From positions 64,001 to 128,000 of IMG/VR virus record IMGVR_UViG_3300037231_000119: a stretch of 64,000 nucleotides of DNA. One strand, given 5' to 3'. The notes below the pieces were generated by a model. The model saw only the letters and a list, made by a program, of their open reading frames with translations. It was not told the origin of the DNA and searched no databases. Shown here one piece after another: positions 55,620 to 64,000 of this stretch; positions within the stretch are counted from its first letter, which is position 1, and every line of letters begins with the position of its first letter. The translations under genes and the position numbers were made by a program. Origin of the DNA: a virus.

Positions 55620-55832
55620 ATGTTTGATACGCATAAGTTGAATGAAACGGGATTTGAAGCAGTTAAGAATTTTAAGACTTTGATGTCCAAAGCGGTCCAA
55701 GAAGCGTTGACCTATCTGCCAGAAGGTCGAGAACGATCCGTTTTCGTCACCAAACTGGAAGAGGCGATGTTTTTCGGTACGAAGGCGATTGCGTCTAAGC
55801 CAGAAAACCACACTGAAATCACTAAGTACTAA
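55620..55832 (+). CDS. Acb2/Tad1-like helical-hairpin protein (possible cyclic-nucleotide sponge)
   Basis: [26 protein letters not shown] fits the P.GRE.S...TKLEEA..W...AIA signature; SD AGGAG. Confidence 0.65.
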   Translation: MFDTHKLNETGFEAVKNFKTLMSKAVQEALTYLPEGRERSVFVTKLEEAMFFGTKAIASKPENHTEITKY

Positions 55833-55843
55833 AGGAGAATTAA

Positions 55844-56146
55844 ATGGGACGACCTAAGAAAGAGCCATTGACCGAGAATCAGAAACTTGCCAAACGGATC
55901 GGCCCAGATGCCGAAGACGTTCTTAAGGAACTCGAGGCCATGGATGTTGCTGACCTTAACAAACGGATCGCAGTTTCAAATACTGCAATTTCTGACACCA
56001 AAGCTGAGCTTAACGAGAATGCTGAATATACTCAAGCTAAAGAAGACGTGAAACTCCTCAGTTCAGGATTCCGAGAAGTAAAGACTCGCCAGAATGCTAT
56101 CATTGCGGTCTGCGTTCAACTTCGTAAGGATAAGGGCATTACTTGA
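55844..56146 (+). CDS. Coiled-coil hypothetical protein
   Basis: Strong SD AAGGAG. Confidence 0.7.
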   Translation: MGRPKKEPLTENQKLAKRIGPDAEDVLKELEAMDVADLNKRIAVSNTAISDTKAELNENAEYTQAKEDVKLLSSGFREVKTRQNAIIAVCVQLRKDKGIT

Positions 56147-56646
56147 TCTCCATCATAGCCTGCATGACTCAAGGCGGAGTCATTGGATCTGGCAACGCAC
56201 TTCCTTGGGATCTTCCTGAGGATATGAAGCGGTTCAGGGAACTAACTACTGGGCATCCAGTAATTATGGGCCGTAAGACTCACGAATCTATTGGGCATGT
56301 TCTTCCTAATAGAACAAATATCGTGGTCTCCAGGATTGGATATGTAGCTAAAGAGGGATTATATAATAGGGATAAGCTAGGCCCATTAGACATAAATATG
56401 GCCCTAGAAATAGCTAAGGAATCGCCTGGATCAGAAGAGATTTTCATTATCGGCGGTGGCGAAATTTACAGTCAAATCATTGATTTGGTTGACAAACTAT
56501 ATCTGACTATCATAAATAGGGACATACCGGGAGATACCTATTTTCCGGAAATTGACTACAGCCAGTTTGATATGCAAATGAAGGGATGTTTCTGGAATAG
56601 GGATTTCGAATATTATTTTTTAACTTTGGAAAGGAAAAAGTCATGA
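56143..56646 (+). CDS. folA: Dihydrofolate reductase
   Basis: GVIG..N.LPW.LPEDMKRF..T.GHPVIMGRKT.ESIG..LPNRTNIVVSR; IIGGGEIY; GDTYFP. Confidence 0.95.
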   Translation: MISIIACMTQGGVIGSGNALPWDLPEDMKRFRELTTGHPVIMGRKTHESIGHVLPNRTNIVVSRIGYVAKEGLYNRDKLGPLDINMALEIAKESPGSEEIFIIGGGEIYSQIIDLVDKLYLTIINRDIPGDTYFPEIDYSQFDMQMKGCFWNRDFEYYFLTLERKKS

Positions 56647-56933
56647 AAAGTAGAGATTTTTGTTACTGGCTTCAGGGATGGTTTGAGCTAAACGGCACAG
56701 TTGATCATAGAGACGGGGCAACGCCCGAGACGATGGCCATGATTAAGAACCACCTCGCCATGGTCTTTAAACACGACATTGATCCCTCAAATGGGGATAA
56801 GAAACACAATGAGGAACTGTCTGAGATTCATAAGGGACAAGTTCATATTCCTCGGCCTGACGGGGCTGGCGGGAGTGGCAATCCTGGTGACCGACTTGTA
56901 TCGCTAAATCCGACGCAAATACTTAATTGCTAG
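56643..56933 (+). CDS. Hypothetical phage protein
   Basis: DFCYWLQGWFEL..IKNHLAMVF. Confidence 0.7.
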   Translation: MKSRDFCYWLQGWFELNGTVDHRDGATPETMAMIKNHLAMVFKHDIDPSNGDKKHNEELSEIHKGQVHIPRPDGAGGSGNPGDRLVSLNPTQILNC

Positions 56934-56940
56934 GACCCCC

Positions 56941-57285
56941 ATGACCGAAATTACCTTAAAAGAAGTAGAGGTTTCCAAAATCAACCTTAAACCGGGCGAT
57001 ATTCTTGGAGTTACCATTAAGGACGACGATATTAACTCTATCAAGCTAGAAGAACTCAGAAACAGATTTCAGGAACTATTCCCTTATAATCAGGTTCTTA
57101 TGTTCGGCGTAGGTCCCGAAAATGAAGTTAGATTTTCAGTTATTGGTTCTCCTACAAAGAATATTGGATGTGGAACTCAATCCTACTGTTCTGACTGCAG
57201 TTGCGGTAAAAAGGAACGAAACGAAGCGACGGATCAGTTGACTGCCGAAACAGAGAAATTGGACTTATATAAAAATGATTTCTGA
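56941..57285 (+). CDS. Hypothetical protein
   Basis: LKPGDIL; CSDCSCGKKE. Confidence 0.65.
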   Translation: MTEITLKEVEVSKINLKPGDILGVTIKDDDINSIKLEELRNRFQELFPYNQVLMFGVGPENEVRFSVIGSPTKNIGCGTQSYCSDCSCGKKERNEATDQLTAETEKLDLYKNDF

Positions 57286-57940
57286 ACGTATTCTTTCAAT
57301 CGATCTCAGCTCAAAAACAGGCTGGGCCTCTATGGTCAGTTCTGATTCTGGGATCGTATTGGAAGAATACGGTACGCTTCCTCAAATACATAAGCCCGAT
57401 GGCTATTATCCCGCCGACTACGTTTTATGGGCCCATGCGGTCTTTGAGGAAATTGAGAAATTGATCTTAAGGTTCAAACCCACCATATTGGCCATCGAAG
57501 AGACCGTTGGAGGAAGTAAATCGGTATATAGCCAGAAGTTTCTCGAATGGTCGCATTTTTTACTTGCTTCTTATATAAAAAACACGAATACTAAGGCTGT
57601 GTACTTATTGACAGGTGCTTGGAGAAGCGAAGTGGGCTGTAAGATGACCAAAGAAGAGTCGCTGCATAATAAGGAAGTTAAAAAGTACAAAGAAAGTAAC
57701 AATACCAAGATAGCCCGTGATATAAACGGTAAACGTATAGGCAAACTGACAAAGAAGCACATTAACGTTAGACGAGCAAATGAAATTTTTGGCCCTTTCT
57801 TGAAAGAGCCGCTTAGGAAAAAAGACGAAGATCAGGCGGACGCCCTTTTACTTGGATTTGCGTTGCATTTACGCAGACTTAAGGGTAATGATAAATCTGA
57901 AGAAGTTAGCATGGAAGATATTATTAAGGATTCAATATGA
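57275..57940 (+). CDS. RuvC-like Holliday junction resolvase
   Basis: ILSIDLS.KTGWA; LAIEE; W; EDQADALLLG. Confidence 0.8.
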   Translation: MISERILSIDLSSKTGWASMVSSDSGIVLEEYGTLPQIHKPDGYYPADYVLWAHAVFEEIEKLILRFKPTILAIEETVGGSKSVYSQKFLEWSHFLLASYIKNTNTKAVYLLTGAWRSEVGCKMTKEESLHNKEVKKYKESNNTKIARDINGKRIGKLTKKHINVRRANEIFGPFLKEPLRKKDEDQADALLLGFALHLRRLKGNDKSEEVSMEDIIKDSI

Positions 57941-58803
57941 GCGATTTCTGGAATAAAAAAGCTACTCCGCAGCCAAAGCCATGGGAAGCCCCTGCGGTTC
58001 AGGCCCCTGCTCAAGAAGTTATTCTGGATGAAGAGGCCATGTCCGAACTCCAGGAAGATCCGGAATTGGACATATTTCAGGAAGAGGAAGATGACACTTT
58101 TGAAATAATGAGTGACGCCGGACTTCGTTTAGAACAGGGAAGGCTCTACCAGATGATTCTGCAGCATGATCTTTTTGGGGTGACCGATGCTGATCCAAAA
58201 GCCATTCGTAATGTCCAACGGGAGATTCGTAAGTTCGTAAGAGAACGAATGGAAATAATGCTTGGTATTAGGCAAGAGCAGGCTATCCAGGAAACTATCG
58301 TATCTTCCCCCTTTAATGATCTGGAAGTAACGGTCCTTAAGATGTTGGCCGATAAGATGTCTAAGGGGCAAACTAGTCAAAGTCAGCCTCCCACTCCAGC
58401 CCCAGTTCCTGTAGCGCCCAAAAAGGACGGTATTTCTTCCATTAGTGGTCAGCTTAGGCCCAATACGAATCCAGCCCCTATTGGTAAACCACTCTCTAAG
58501 ACCGGCAAGGTTATTCCCAAAGCGACCGTTCCAGCTAAACCAGCCGCCAAGCCAGTTCAAACCAAGAGCGCCCTTAAGCCTGACGAATCGGTCCTTCAGA
58601 AACCAGTGGAAGAAATGACTCAGGAAGAGCTTGCGGCTTATGAGGCAGCAGCTTTTGAGAGAAGGTCTAAAAATAAGGCAGCAATGCCAAATAACTTAGT
58701 TCCGCATCCAACACCACAGGCGCTAGAAATGCTCTACGCTTCACAAGTTCAACAAGTGTCCTCAGGCCCATTGGGCAACCTATTAGCATTAACCAGTCGA
58801 TAA
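57937..58803 (+). CDS. Hypothetical protein with Pro-rich linker
   Basis: Coupled 288-aa ORF. Confidence 0.7.
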   Translation: MSDFWNKKATPQPKPWEAPAVQAPAQEVILDEEAMSELQEDPELDIFQEEEDDTFEIMSDAGLRLEQGRLYQMILQHDLFGVTDADPKAIRNVQREIRKFVRERMEIMLGIRQEQAIQETIVSSPFNDLEVTVLKMLADKMSKGQTSQSQPPTPAPVPVAPKKDGISSISGQLRPNTNPAPIGKPLSKTGKVIPKATVPAKPAAKPVQTKSALKPDESVLQKPVEEMTQEELAAYEAAAFERRSKNKAAMPNNLVPHPTPQALEMLYASQVQQVSSGPLGNLLALTSR

Positions 58804-58818
58804 ACAAGGAGATAGTAA

Positions 58819-59517
58819 ATGTCAGAAGATAAACGTACCGCAACTCAAAAGATCGAAGACCTAGAGAAGGTCGTAACCATGCTTTACCAAAGCACCTCAC
58901 AGATCAAAAACGCTGTTGAGAATTTGCTAAAGAGTCAGGCTGAGATGGGATTAGTTAGAGATGCGTTGAAATTACTCAACAAGAAGACTGAGGCCATTAT
59001 TCAGGCTGCGGCACCAGAGACCGGTATCACAGTTGCCGCAGTGTCTAATCTGGTCATCGCCATGAATGTTGAGGATCTCAAGGCTCAGGTCGCGGGTTAT
59101 GTCGCTTCTGGTCATCTCGCCCCAACTGATGAAGTCGCCGATAATACCTATTTGGTCTGCGAAGAGTATAATGCTGACGGCACCGTCGCGAATCCTCGTA
59201 TCCAGTTCCGCCTTGATTCACAAGATCAAGAGACTGGAGAGCTTCTTAAGGGCAAGAAGGTCGGAGACGCAGTTTCCTTTGGCGAGAACAAGTTCTCAGC
59301 TAAGATCCTGGAACTCTACACCCTTACTGAACCTAAGGCTCCGGAAGCTTCTGAAGCTCCCGCAGCGGAGACTCCTCCTGCTGAGACGACCGAAGCTCCC
59401 GCTGCTGCACCTGCCGAGGCCGCTCCCGCTCCAGAAACGATCTCTCCTCCTACTGAAAGTCCAGTAGTTGTGTTCGTTCCTTCCGAGCCAGGCAATATGG
59501 TTACGGCTGCTAGCTAA
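58819..59517 (+). CDS. Hypothetical protein, coiled coil plus small beta domain and PAE-rich tail
   Basis: SD AGGAG; LKGKKVGD. Confidence 0.7.
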   Translation: MSEDKRTATQKIEDLEKVVTMLYQSTSQIKNAVENLLKSQAEMGLVRDALKLLNKKTEAIIQAAAPETGITVAAVSNLVIAMNVEDLKAQVAGYVASGHLAPTDEVADNTYLVCEEYNADGTVANPRIQFRLDSQDQETGELLKGKKVGDAVSFGENKFSAKILELYTLTEPKAPEASEAPAAETPPAETTEAPAAAPAEAAPAPETISPPTESPVVVFVPSEPGNMVTAAS

Positions 59518-59547
59518 TTTCGCCATGTGTATGGTGTGAAGGTATCT

Positions 59548-59578
59548 GAGTTACTGGCTCCTTTGGGGCTGGTAACTT
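59548..59578 (+). terminator. Possible terminator or processing hairpin
   Basis: 14-bp stem with several G-U pairs; weak U-tract. Confidence 0.4.
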
Positions 59579-59599
59579 ATGATAACTAAAGGATTTTTA

Positions 59600-60433
59600 A
59601 TGAAAAAGTTTGAAGGCCTTAAAATACTTGTCCTGGACATTGAAACCTCCCCACTTCTGGTATGGTGTTGGGGTCTTTTTGATCAGAATATTGGACTTAA
59701 CCAAATTAAGCAGGACTGGAACGTACTTAGTTTTTCTGCTAAATGGTACGAGGGTCGGAATAAGAAAGTTTATGGCCCAAACAATAAAGTAATCTACCAC
59801 AGCTTAGCCAATAAAAAGGACAAGACTGACGACAGGGATCTCCTAGAAGAAGTTTGGAAGTTGTTGGATGAGTGCGACATCCTCCTTACTCAAAATGGGG
59901 TTCGCTTTGACAATAAGAAACTCAATGCGCGGTTCGCTCTCCATGGTATGAAGCCCCCTAGTAGTTTTAAGCATATCGACACACTTCAGATCGTAAAAAG
60001 AAACTTTGCCTTAACTTCCAATAAGTTGGAGTATCTTTCGGATAAGTTCTGTACCAAATACAAGAAGATGACCGAGAGAGAGTTTGCTGGTTTCAGTCTA
60101 TGGAAGGAGTGTCTGGCTAATAATAAGCGGGCTTGGGCCGAAATGAAAAAGTATAACTCGTACGACATTTTGTCCCTAGAGGAGCTTTATCAGAAAATTG
60201 GCAATTGGGACACCTCAATTGATTTCAATGTTTATTCCGATAGCCTTGAGACCGTCTGCAAGTGTGGATCTAAAGAGTTTAAGAGCAAGGGCTACCATTA
60301 TACGTCAGTTGGTAAGTTTAGTCGATCAAAATGTGTAAAGTGTGGCGCTGAGACTCGCGGACGCAAGAACCTACTTACTAAAGAAAAGAAGGAAACTGTT
60401 AGGACTGGAACTCCAAGGAATAGCTCAAAGTAA
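59600..60433 (+). CDS. RNase H-like 3'-5' exonuclease with C-terminal Zn ribbon
   Basis: LDIET, QNG.RFD, HIDTL, NKLEYL, YN..DI; CKCG..CVKCG. Confidence 0.85.
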   Translation: MKKFEGLKILVLDIETSPLLVWCWGLFDQNIGLNQIKQDWNVLSFSAKWYEGRNKKVYGPNNKVIYHSLANKKDKTDDRDLLEEVWKLLDECDILLTQNGVRFDNKKLNARFALHGMKPPSSFKHIDTLQIVKRNFALTSNKLEYLSDKFCTKYKKMTEREFAGFSLWKECLANNKRAWAEMKKYNSYDILSLEELYQKIGNWDTSIDFNVYSDSLETVCKCGSKEFKSKGYHYTSVGKFSRSKCVKCGAETRGRKNLLTKEKKETVRTGTPRNSSK

Positions 60434-60470
60434 GAGTCCATGATATACTAGGTCTAAAGGATGGACTAAA

Positions 60471-60863
60471 ATGGCGAGTAAAAACGAACAACTAGAGCAA
60501 CTCAGTAAGGCCATTGCCGATGCCGATATTCGCCTAAAGTCCATCCAGATGAATATCGAGAAGATAAGTGCTGAAATTTCAGTACTATCCCCTAAAAAGA
60601 GCGAACTTAAACAAAATATTGAGTTTCATAAAAAAGAGGGTACTGTCCCTATTGCTCATGAATTTAAGAAGGCTCGAGCTGAACTTTCTAAGACTACGGC
60701 TAGACTTATCTTACTTACTTCAGACCTAAAGAAATCGCAAGAAGCGTGCCAACAAGTAATAGAAATAATTGATAAGTTTAAGAATGACCAGGCGGCTCTA
60801 CTTAAAACCAGCGAAAATAATGTATTGAGACCAAAGTTTGGAGCTAACCGTGGACAAGAATGA
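60471..60863 (+). CDS. Coiled-coil hypothetical protein
   Basis: CATGATATACT upstream at 60439-60449. Confidence 0.65.
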   Translation: MASKNEQLEQLSKAIADADIRLKSIQMNIEKISAEISVLSPKKSELKQNIEFHKKEGTVPIAHEFKKARAELSKTTARLILLTSDLKKSQEACQQVIEIIDKFKNDQAALLKTSENNVLRPKFGANRGQE

Positions 60864-61077
60864 AATGCAGGCTAAGATCAGGACCGTTGAGGACTTCATT
60901 CATTCCCCGAAGCATAAAAATAGCTTAGAGAATTTCCTTGCTAAAAATGAGAACTTCTTGGAGAATGGAACAATAGGGCGGCTTTTGATGATGTCGCCTG
61001 ACGAGGTAGAAGCTATCTACCAAGAGTCCATTAAAGAATTCAAGAAGGAAATGAACCAAGATGGGGAATCGGATTGA
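60838..61077 (+). CDS. Small HTH-like hypothetical protein (start uncertain)
   Basis: TIGRLLMMSPDEVEAIY. Confidence 0.5.
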   Translation: MELTVDKNEMQAKIRTVEDFIHSPKHKNSLENFLAKNENFLENGTIGRLLMMSPDEVEAIYQESIKEFKKEMNQDGESD

Positions 61078-61699
61078 GGTCTTTGCAGATGGCAGCGCCA
61101 CCACGAAAGATAATCCGGGAGGGTGGGCCAGTGTGGTCCTTTTCGATGGGATCCTTCATAAAGAACTCTCGGGGCATCTAGAATCGGCCACAAACAACGA
61201 CGCCGAGCTTCACGCTGCAATAAATGGCCTAGACTACGTAATGGACTACGTACGTGTTTTTAATGGCACCTTTCCACATTTAGATATAGAAAGCGTCACA
61301 CTAATTTCGGACTCCCAAATAATTCTGAACTGGGCTAACGGATCTTATAGGTTTAAGCAGGAAGACAAGCTCCATCTTTACAATAAGTTGCGTGATTTAG
61401 TACAAACTCTAAACGCCAAAACAAAATGGGTCAAGGGGCACAGCGGTCATGTATGGAACGAACGCTGCGATCACTTAGCCAACTTGGCCCGTAAGAAGAT
61501 CCCAGAAGCTCCTTCAGATAAGGTCATTAACATCAATCAGTCCCTCATCGGCACTAAAAAGACAGGCACCTGTTCTATTTGGTATGGCGGGGTTCTAAAG
61601 GTTATTGACTTTTCGCAAGGCTTAGTAGAGACTTATAATAGAGATGTCCACGGAAAACGTGGATCTGTAATTGAGATTAGAGAAGGGAAAGAACGATGA
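61061..61699 (+). CDS. rnhA: Ribonuclease HI
   Basis: FADGS..NPGGW, TNNDAEL.A, SDSQ, WVKGHSG..WNERCD.LA. Confidence 0.92.
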   Translation: MGNRIEVFADGSATTKDNPGGWASVVLFDGILHKELSGHLESATNNDAELHAAINGLDYVMDYVRVFNGTFPHLDIESVTLISDSQIILNWANGSYRFKQEDKLHLYNKLRDLVQTLNAKTKWVKGHSGHVWNERCDHLANLARKKIPEAPSDKVININQSLIGTKKTGTCSIWYGGVLKVIDFSQGLVETYNRDVHGKRGSVIEIREGKER

Positions 61700-61881
61700 A
61701 TATGGACGACCCCAAAGTAAAAGAATCTCTCGGTAAAAGCATCCAGGAGCTTATTATTATGCCTAGTGAAGAGTTTAGGCAATATATGGACGAAGCCACC
61801 AAGAATTTGGTTGATCTGAGCACTTATCAAGACGACAATTTCACTGGTGTTTTCTCTGCAGAATTCTTGAGGGAGACATAA
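61696..61881 (+). CDS. Hypothetical protein
   Basis: ATGA coupling. Confidence 0.5.
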   Translation: MNMDDPKVKESLGKSIQELIIMPSEEFRQYMDEATKNLVDLSTYQDDNFTGVFSAEFLRET

Positions 61882-61932
61882 GCTTATATGGGACGAACGG
61901 TGCTGAACAAGAGAGATTACATAATTTCTCAA

Positions 61933-61961
61933 TTGACATCAAACAATATACGGGTCAATAT
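61933..61961 (+). promoter_or_regulatory. Sigma70-type promoter TTGACA-N17-CAATAT, ATG 6 nt downstream
   Basis: Perfect -35; leaderless geometry. Confidence 0.6.
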
Positions 61962-61967
61962 TGGGAT

Positions 61968-62603
61968 ATGAGTGATACTTATTTTGTAGCCATGGATTCA
62001 GAAACCGGATCTCTACGCGCAAAGCAGGGCGACATTCTAAGCCTGTACATGGCTGTAGTTACTGAAGATTTTAGGGTCATTGACGAACTCGATCTTAAAC
62101 TAAAGCCAAATGATCGTTTACCTATTGCCGATCCAGGAGCTTTGGCGGTTAATAAAATCGATCTGCAGAAGCATCTTCAGGACCCAAATACCGTGACTTA
62201 TGCCGAAGCTAAGACCAAAATTGTAGCGTTTGCTAAGAAGTATCTTAAGAAGAAGGGCCGTTACAGCAACTTGATTGTTTTGGGTCAAAATGTGATGTTC
62301 GACTTGAAATTTATTTGGGAATATATCATTCCGGAAGAAGAGTGGGAAACCCTATTTAGCTACAACGTGGAAGATACAAAAACCGCGTCTCTATTCCTTA
62401 AACGTTGTGGATGGCTTCCTAAAGAAATTGGCACATTGAAGAGTCTAGTTGAATACTTCAACATCCCTCGTCGTGAAGCTCACGAAGCTAAGGGTGACGT
62501 GCATATGACAATTGACGTCTATCGTGAGCTTATTAAGCTTATGGAAAGTAAAAAAGAGAATGGTTCTAGCCAAGACATTATTAGCTTATTGGAGGCAGAA
62601 TGA
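61968..62603 (+). CDS. DEDDh 3'-5' exonuclease (DnaQ/epsilon-like)
   Basis: DSETGSL, GQNVMFD, DT, AHEAKGD. Confidence 0.88.
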   Translation: MSDTYFVAMDSETGSLRAKQGDILSLYMAVVTEDFRVIDELDLKLKPNDRLPIADPGALAVNKIDLQKHLQDPNTVTYAEAKTKIVAFAKKYLKKKGRYSNLIVLGQNVMFDLKFIWEYIIPEEEWETLFSYNVEDTKTASLFLKRCGWLPKEIGTLKSLVEYFNIPRREAHEAKGDVHMTIDVYRELIKLMESKKENGSSQDIISLLEAE

Positions 62604-62770
62604 GTCGGACTAAGAAGGGACAAAAATCTCCGGGTTATGAATATTGGAGTAAGCGTCCCAACTCTATGTCTAATCCAGGAAAAGTTTCTAAAAATATTAC
62701 CCATCGTAAAGAAAGGGCTGAATCTAAAAAGGCTGTTCATAAAGCCAAAAAAGAAGTGGAGACGGAATGA
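62600..62770 (+). CDS. 56-aa basic protein (MSRTKKGQKSPGYEYWSKRP...)
   Basis: SD GGAGG; ATGA coupling at both ends. Confidence 0.65.
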   Translation: MSRTKKGQKSPGYEYWSKRPNSMSNPGKVSKNITHRKERAESKKAVHKAKKEVETE

Positions 62771-62997
62771 AAATCCTATTTGACTACTGCCATATTATAA
62801 ATGACGATTGGGACTGCAAGATGGGCCTTGATTGGTACGGTCGCGGGCCAGTTATTGGGTCTAAGCTTCCTGGGTCCAAACTCTTTACTATAGCCCTGTA
62901 CGTAATTTGGTGGAGATTGAGCCTTACTTGGGTTCAGGATTACGCCAGTTATCGTAGAAGGATGGATTATAGGGTTTCGGATAGGTGGAAGAAATGA
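62767..62997 (+). CDS. Hypothetical protein
   Basis: Coupled ORF. Confidence 0.55.
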   Translation: MKILFDYCHIINDDWDCKMGLDWYGRGPVIGSKLPGSKLFTIALYVIWWRLSLTWVQDYASYRRRMDYRVSDRWKK

Positions 62998-63767
62998 AAA
63001 AGTGTGCAAAATGGACAAAAGAGGAGGACGACTTTTTAATAAAAAATTACCAAAGACTGTCCTATAGAGAAATAGCCAAATATTTGAATGGAGATAGAAA
63101 TACTAGGGGAGTATCGAAAAGGGCACGTAGACTTAATTTAAAAAAAATGACATTTATAAGTACTCATATAGAAAAGGGGCAAAGATTTAATAAGCTTGTC
63201 GCAGAAAAAGAGGGTAAGAGTGTTAAATCTCGAAAAGAAGTCAGGAGATACTGGATTTTTAAATGCGATTGCGGAAAAACAAAAGAAATCAATATAAGAT
63301 CGGTAATTACTGAAAAGATAAAGTCGTGTGGATGTATATGTAGGCCACCTGACAGATTTCTTTCTCAAAAACCTCCAGGTTTCATTTCTTGGACCAATCT
63401 TTTTTGCACTTCCAGAATGTCCGCCGAAGAACGAGAAATTCCCTTTAATTTAAATAAGGACCAATTCGTGCTCATCGCCTCACTACGGTGCCACTATTGT
63501 GGATGTAGCCCAAGAAAATGGAATGTGTATATCAAAAAAGATGGAACCACCAGGAATAGACAATATTGTAATATTAAGGAGGACACCATAGAAAGGGCGT
63601 GGGTGCTTACTAATGGTATTGATAGGCAAAATAACGAACTGGGATATACTATAGAAAATTGTGTTCCGTGTTGCGGAGACTGCAATGAGATGAAAATGGA
63701 TAGAACAGTTGAAGAGTTTCTTACTCATATTAAAAAAATAACCGTATTTCAGGAAAATAAAAAGTGA
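62985..63767 (+). CDS. HNH homing endonuclease with Myb-like N-terminus
   Basis: WTKEEDDFL; W.FKCDCG..KSCGC; CHYCG..NGIDRQNN..GY..ENCVPCC..CN.MK. Confidence 0.8.
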   Translation: MEEMKKCAKWTKEEDDFLIKNYQRLSYREIAKYLNGDRNTRGVSKRARRLNLKKMTFISTHIEKGQRFNKLVAEKEGKSVKSRKEVRRYWIFKCDCGKTKEINIRSVITEKIKSCGCICRPPDRFLSQKPPGFISWTNLFCTSRMSAEEREIPFNLNKDQFVLIASLRCHYCGCSPRKWNVYIKKDGTTRNRQYCNIKEDTIERAWVLTNGIDRQNNELGYTIENCVPCCGDCNEMKMDRTVEEFLTHIKKITVFQENKK

Positions 63768-64000
63768 AAATATCGACCCACTGCCATATCGAAAGCTGTT
63801 TAAGTGGTAGTCCGATTTCTTCGATGATTGGACGTGCCATCGATATTGATAGAGAATATTTCACCTATACCGACTTGGGCCATCTATCCAGTTTCCTCAA
63901 AGCTTACGGGATGGCTAAGAAATCGGGTCTGAAGTTCGCAGGAGGTATTGAGTTCTATCTGAAAGACCCCAAATGCTCATTGGTTACTGGGACTAAGGCC
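63764..64000 (+). CDS. dnaE: DNA polymerase III alpha subunit, PHP domain (partial, runs off the right edge)
   Basis: Hand-translated from GTG: STHCHIES.LSG..TYTDLG..GLKF..GIEFY. Confidence 0.75.
   Translation, partial: MKISTHCHIESCLSGSPISSMIGRAIDIDREYFTYTDLGHLSSFLKAYGMAKKSGLKFAGGIEFYLKDPKCSLVTGTKA

Noticed and set aside
59330-59470. GAAGCT/GCTCC short repeats
   Set aside because: Simply encode a Pro/Ala/Glu-rich low-complexity tail.
1-64000. CRISPR array, tRNA or rRNA genes, DGR or retron
   Set aside because: No regularly spaced direct repeats, no cloverleaf with a T-loop and no reverse transcriptase motif seen by eye. tRNAscan-SE and a CRISPR finder would be needed to exclude them formally.

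Overview
A 64-kb segment of a large (jumbo-type) contractile-tailed phage genome. The host cannot be identified from the sequence. Left ~42 kb, mostly minus strand: a morphogenesis module with tail tube, tail sheath, neck proteins, internal head proteins, major capsid, scaffold, a divergently oriented prohead protease, MuF-like protein, portal, intein-containing large terminase and a GroEL-like chaperonin. Right ~22 kb, plus strand: repair, replication and transcription genes (DenV-like glycosylase, intein-containing SF2 helicase, sigma70-family factor, GroES-like protein, SbcD/SbcC, ClpP-like protease, Acb2/Tad1-like protein, DHFR, RuvC, exonucleases, RNase H, start of DnaE). Eight free-standing homing-endonuclease-like genes and two inteins are interspersed. 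Most interesting: (1) head proteins built as apparent polyproteins, in which repeated (L/M)-x-K-(S/A/G)-(E/D) motifs (putative prohead-protease sites) separate counter-defence-like domains (mCpol nucleotide cyclase, Acb1-like 2H phosphodiesterase, SAM lyase-like domain) and a lytic transglycosylase; (2) a circularly permuted DUF3494 ice-binding-like domain inserted in the tail sheath; (3) a likely programmed -1 frameshift on the mCpol head protein; (4) a copy of the capsid N-terminus inside the protease; (5) a candidate ~175-nt structured RNA; (6) three promoter classes and probable leaderless mRNAs. All domain calls are by-eye motif recognition; no database searches were run.
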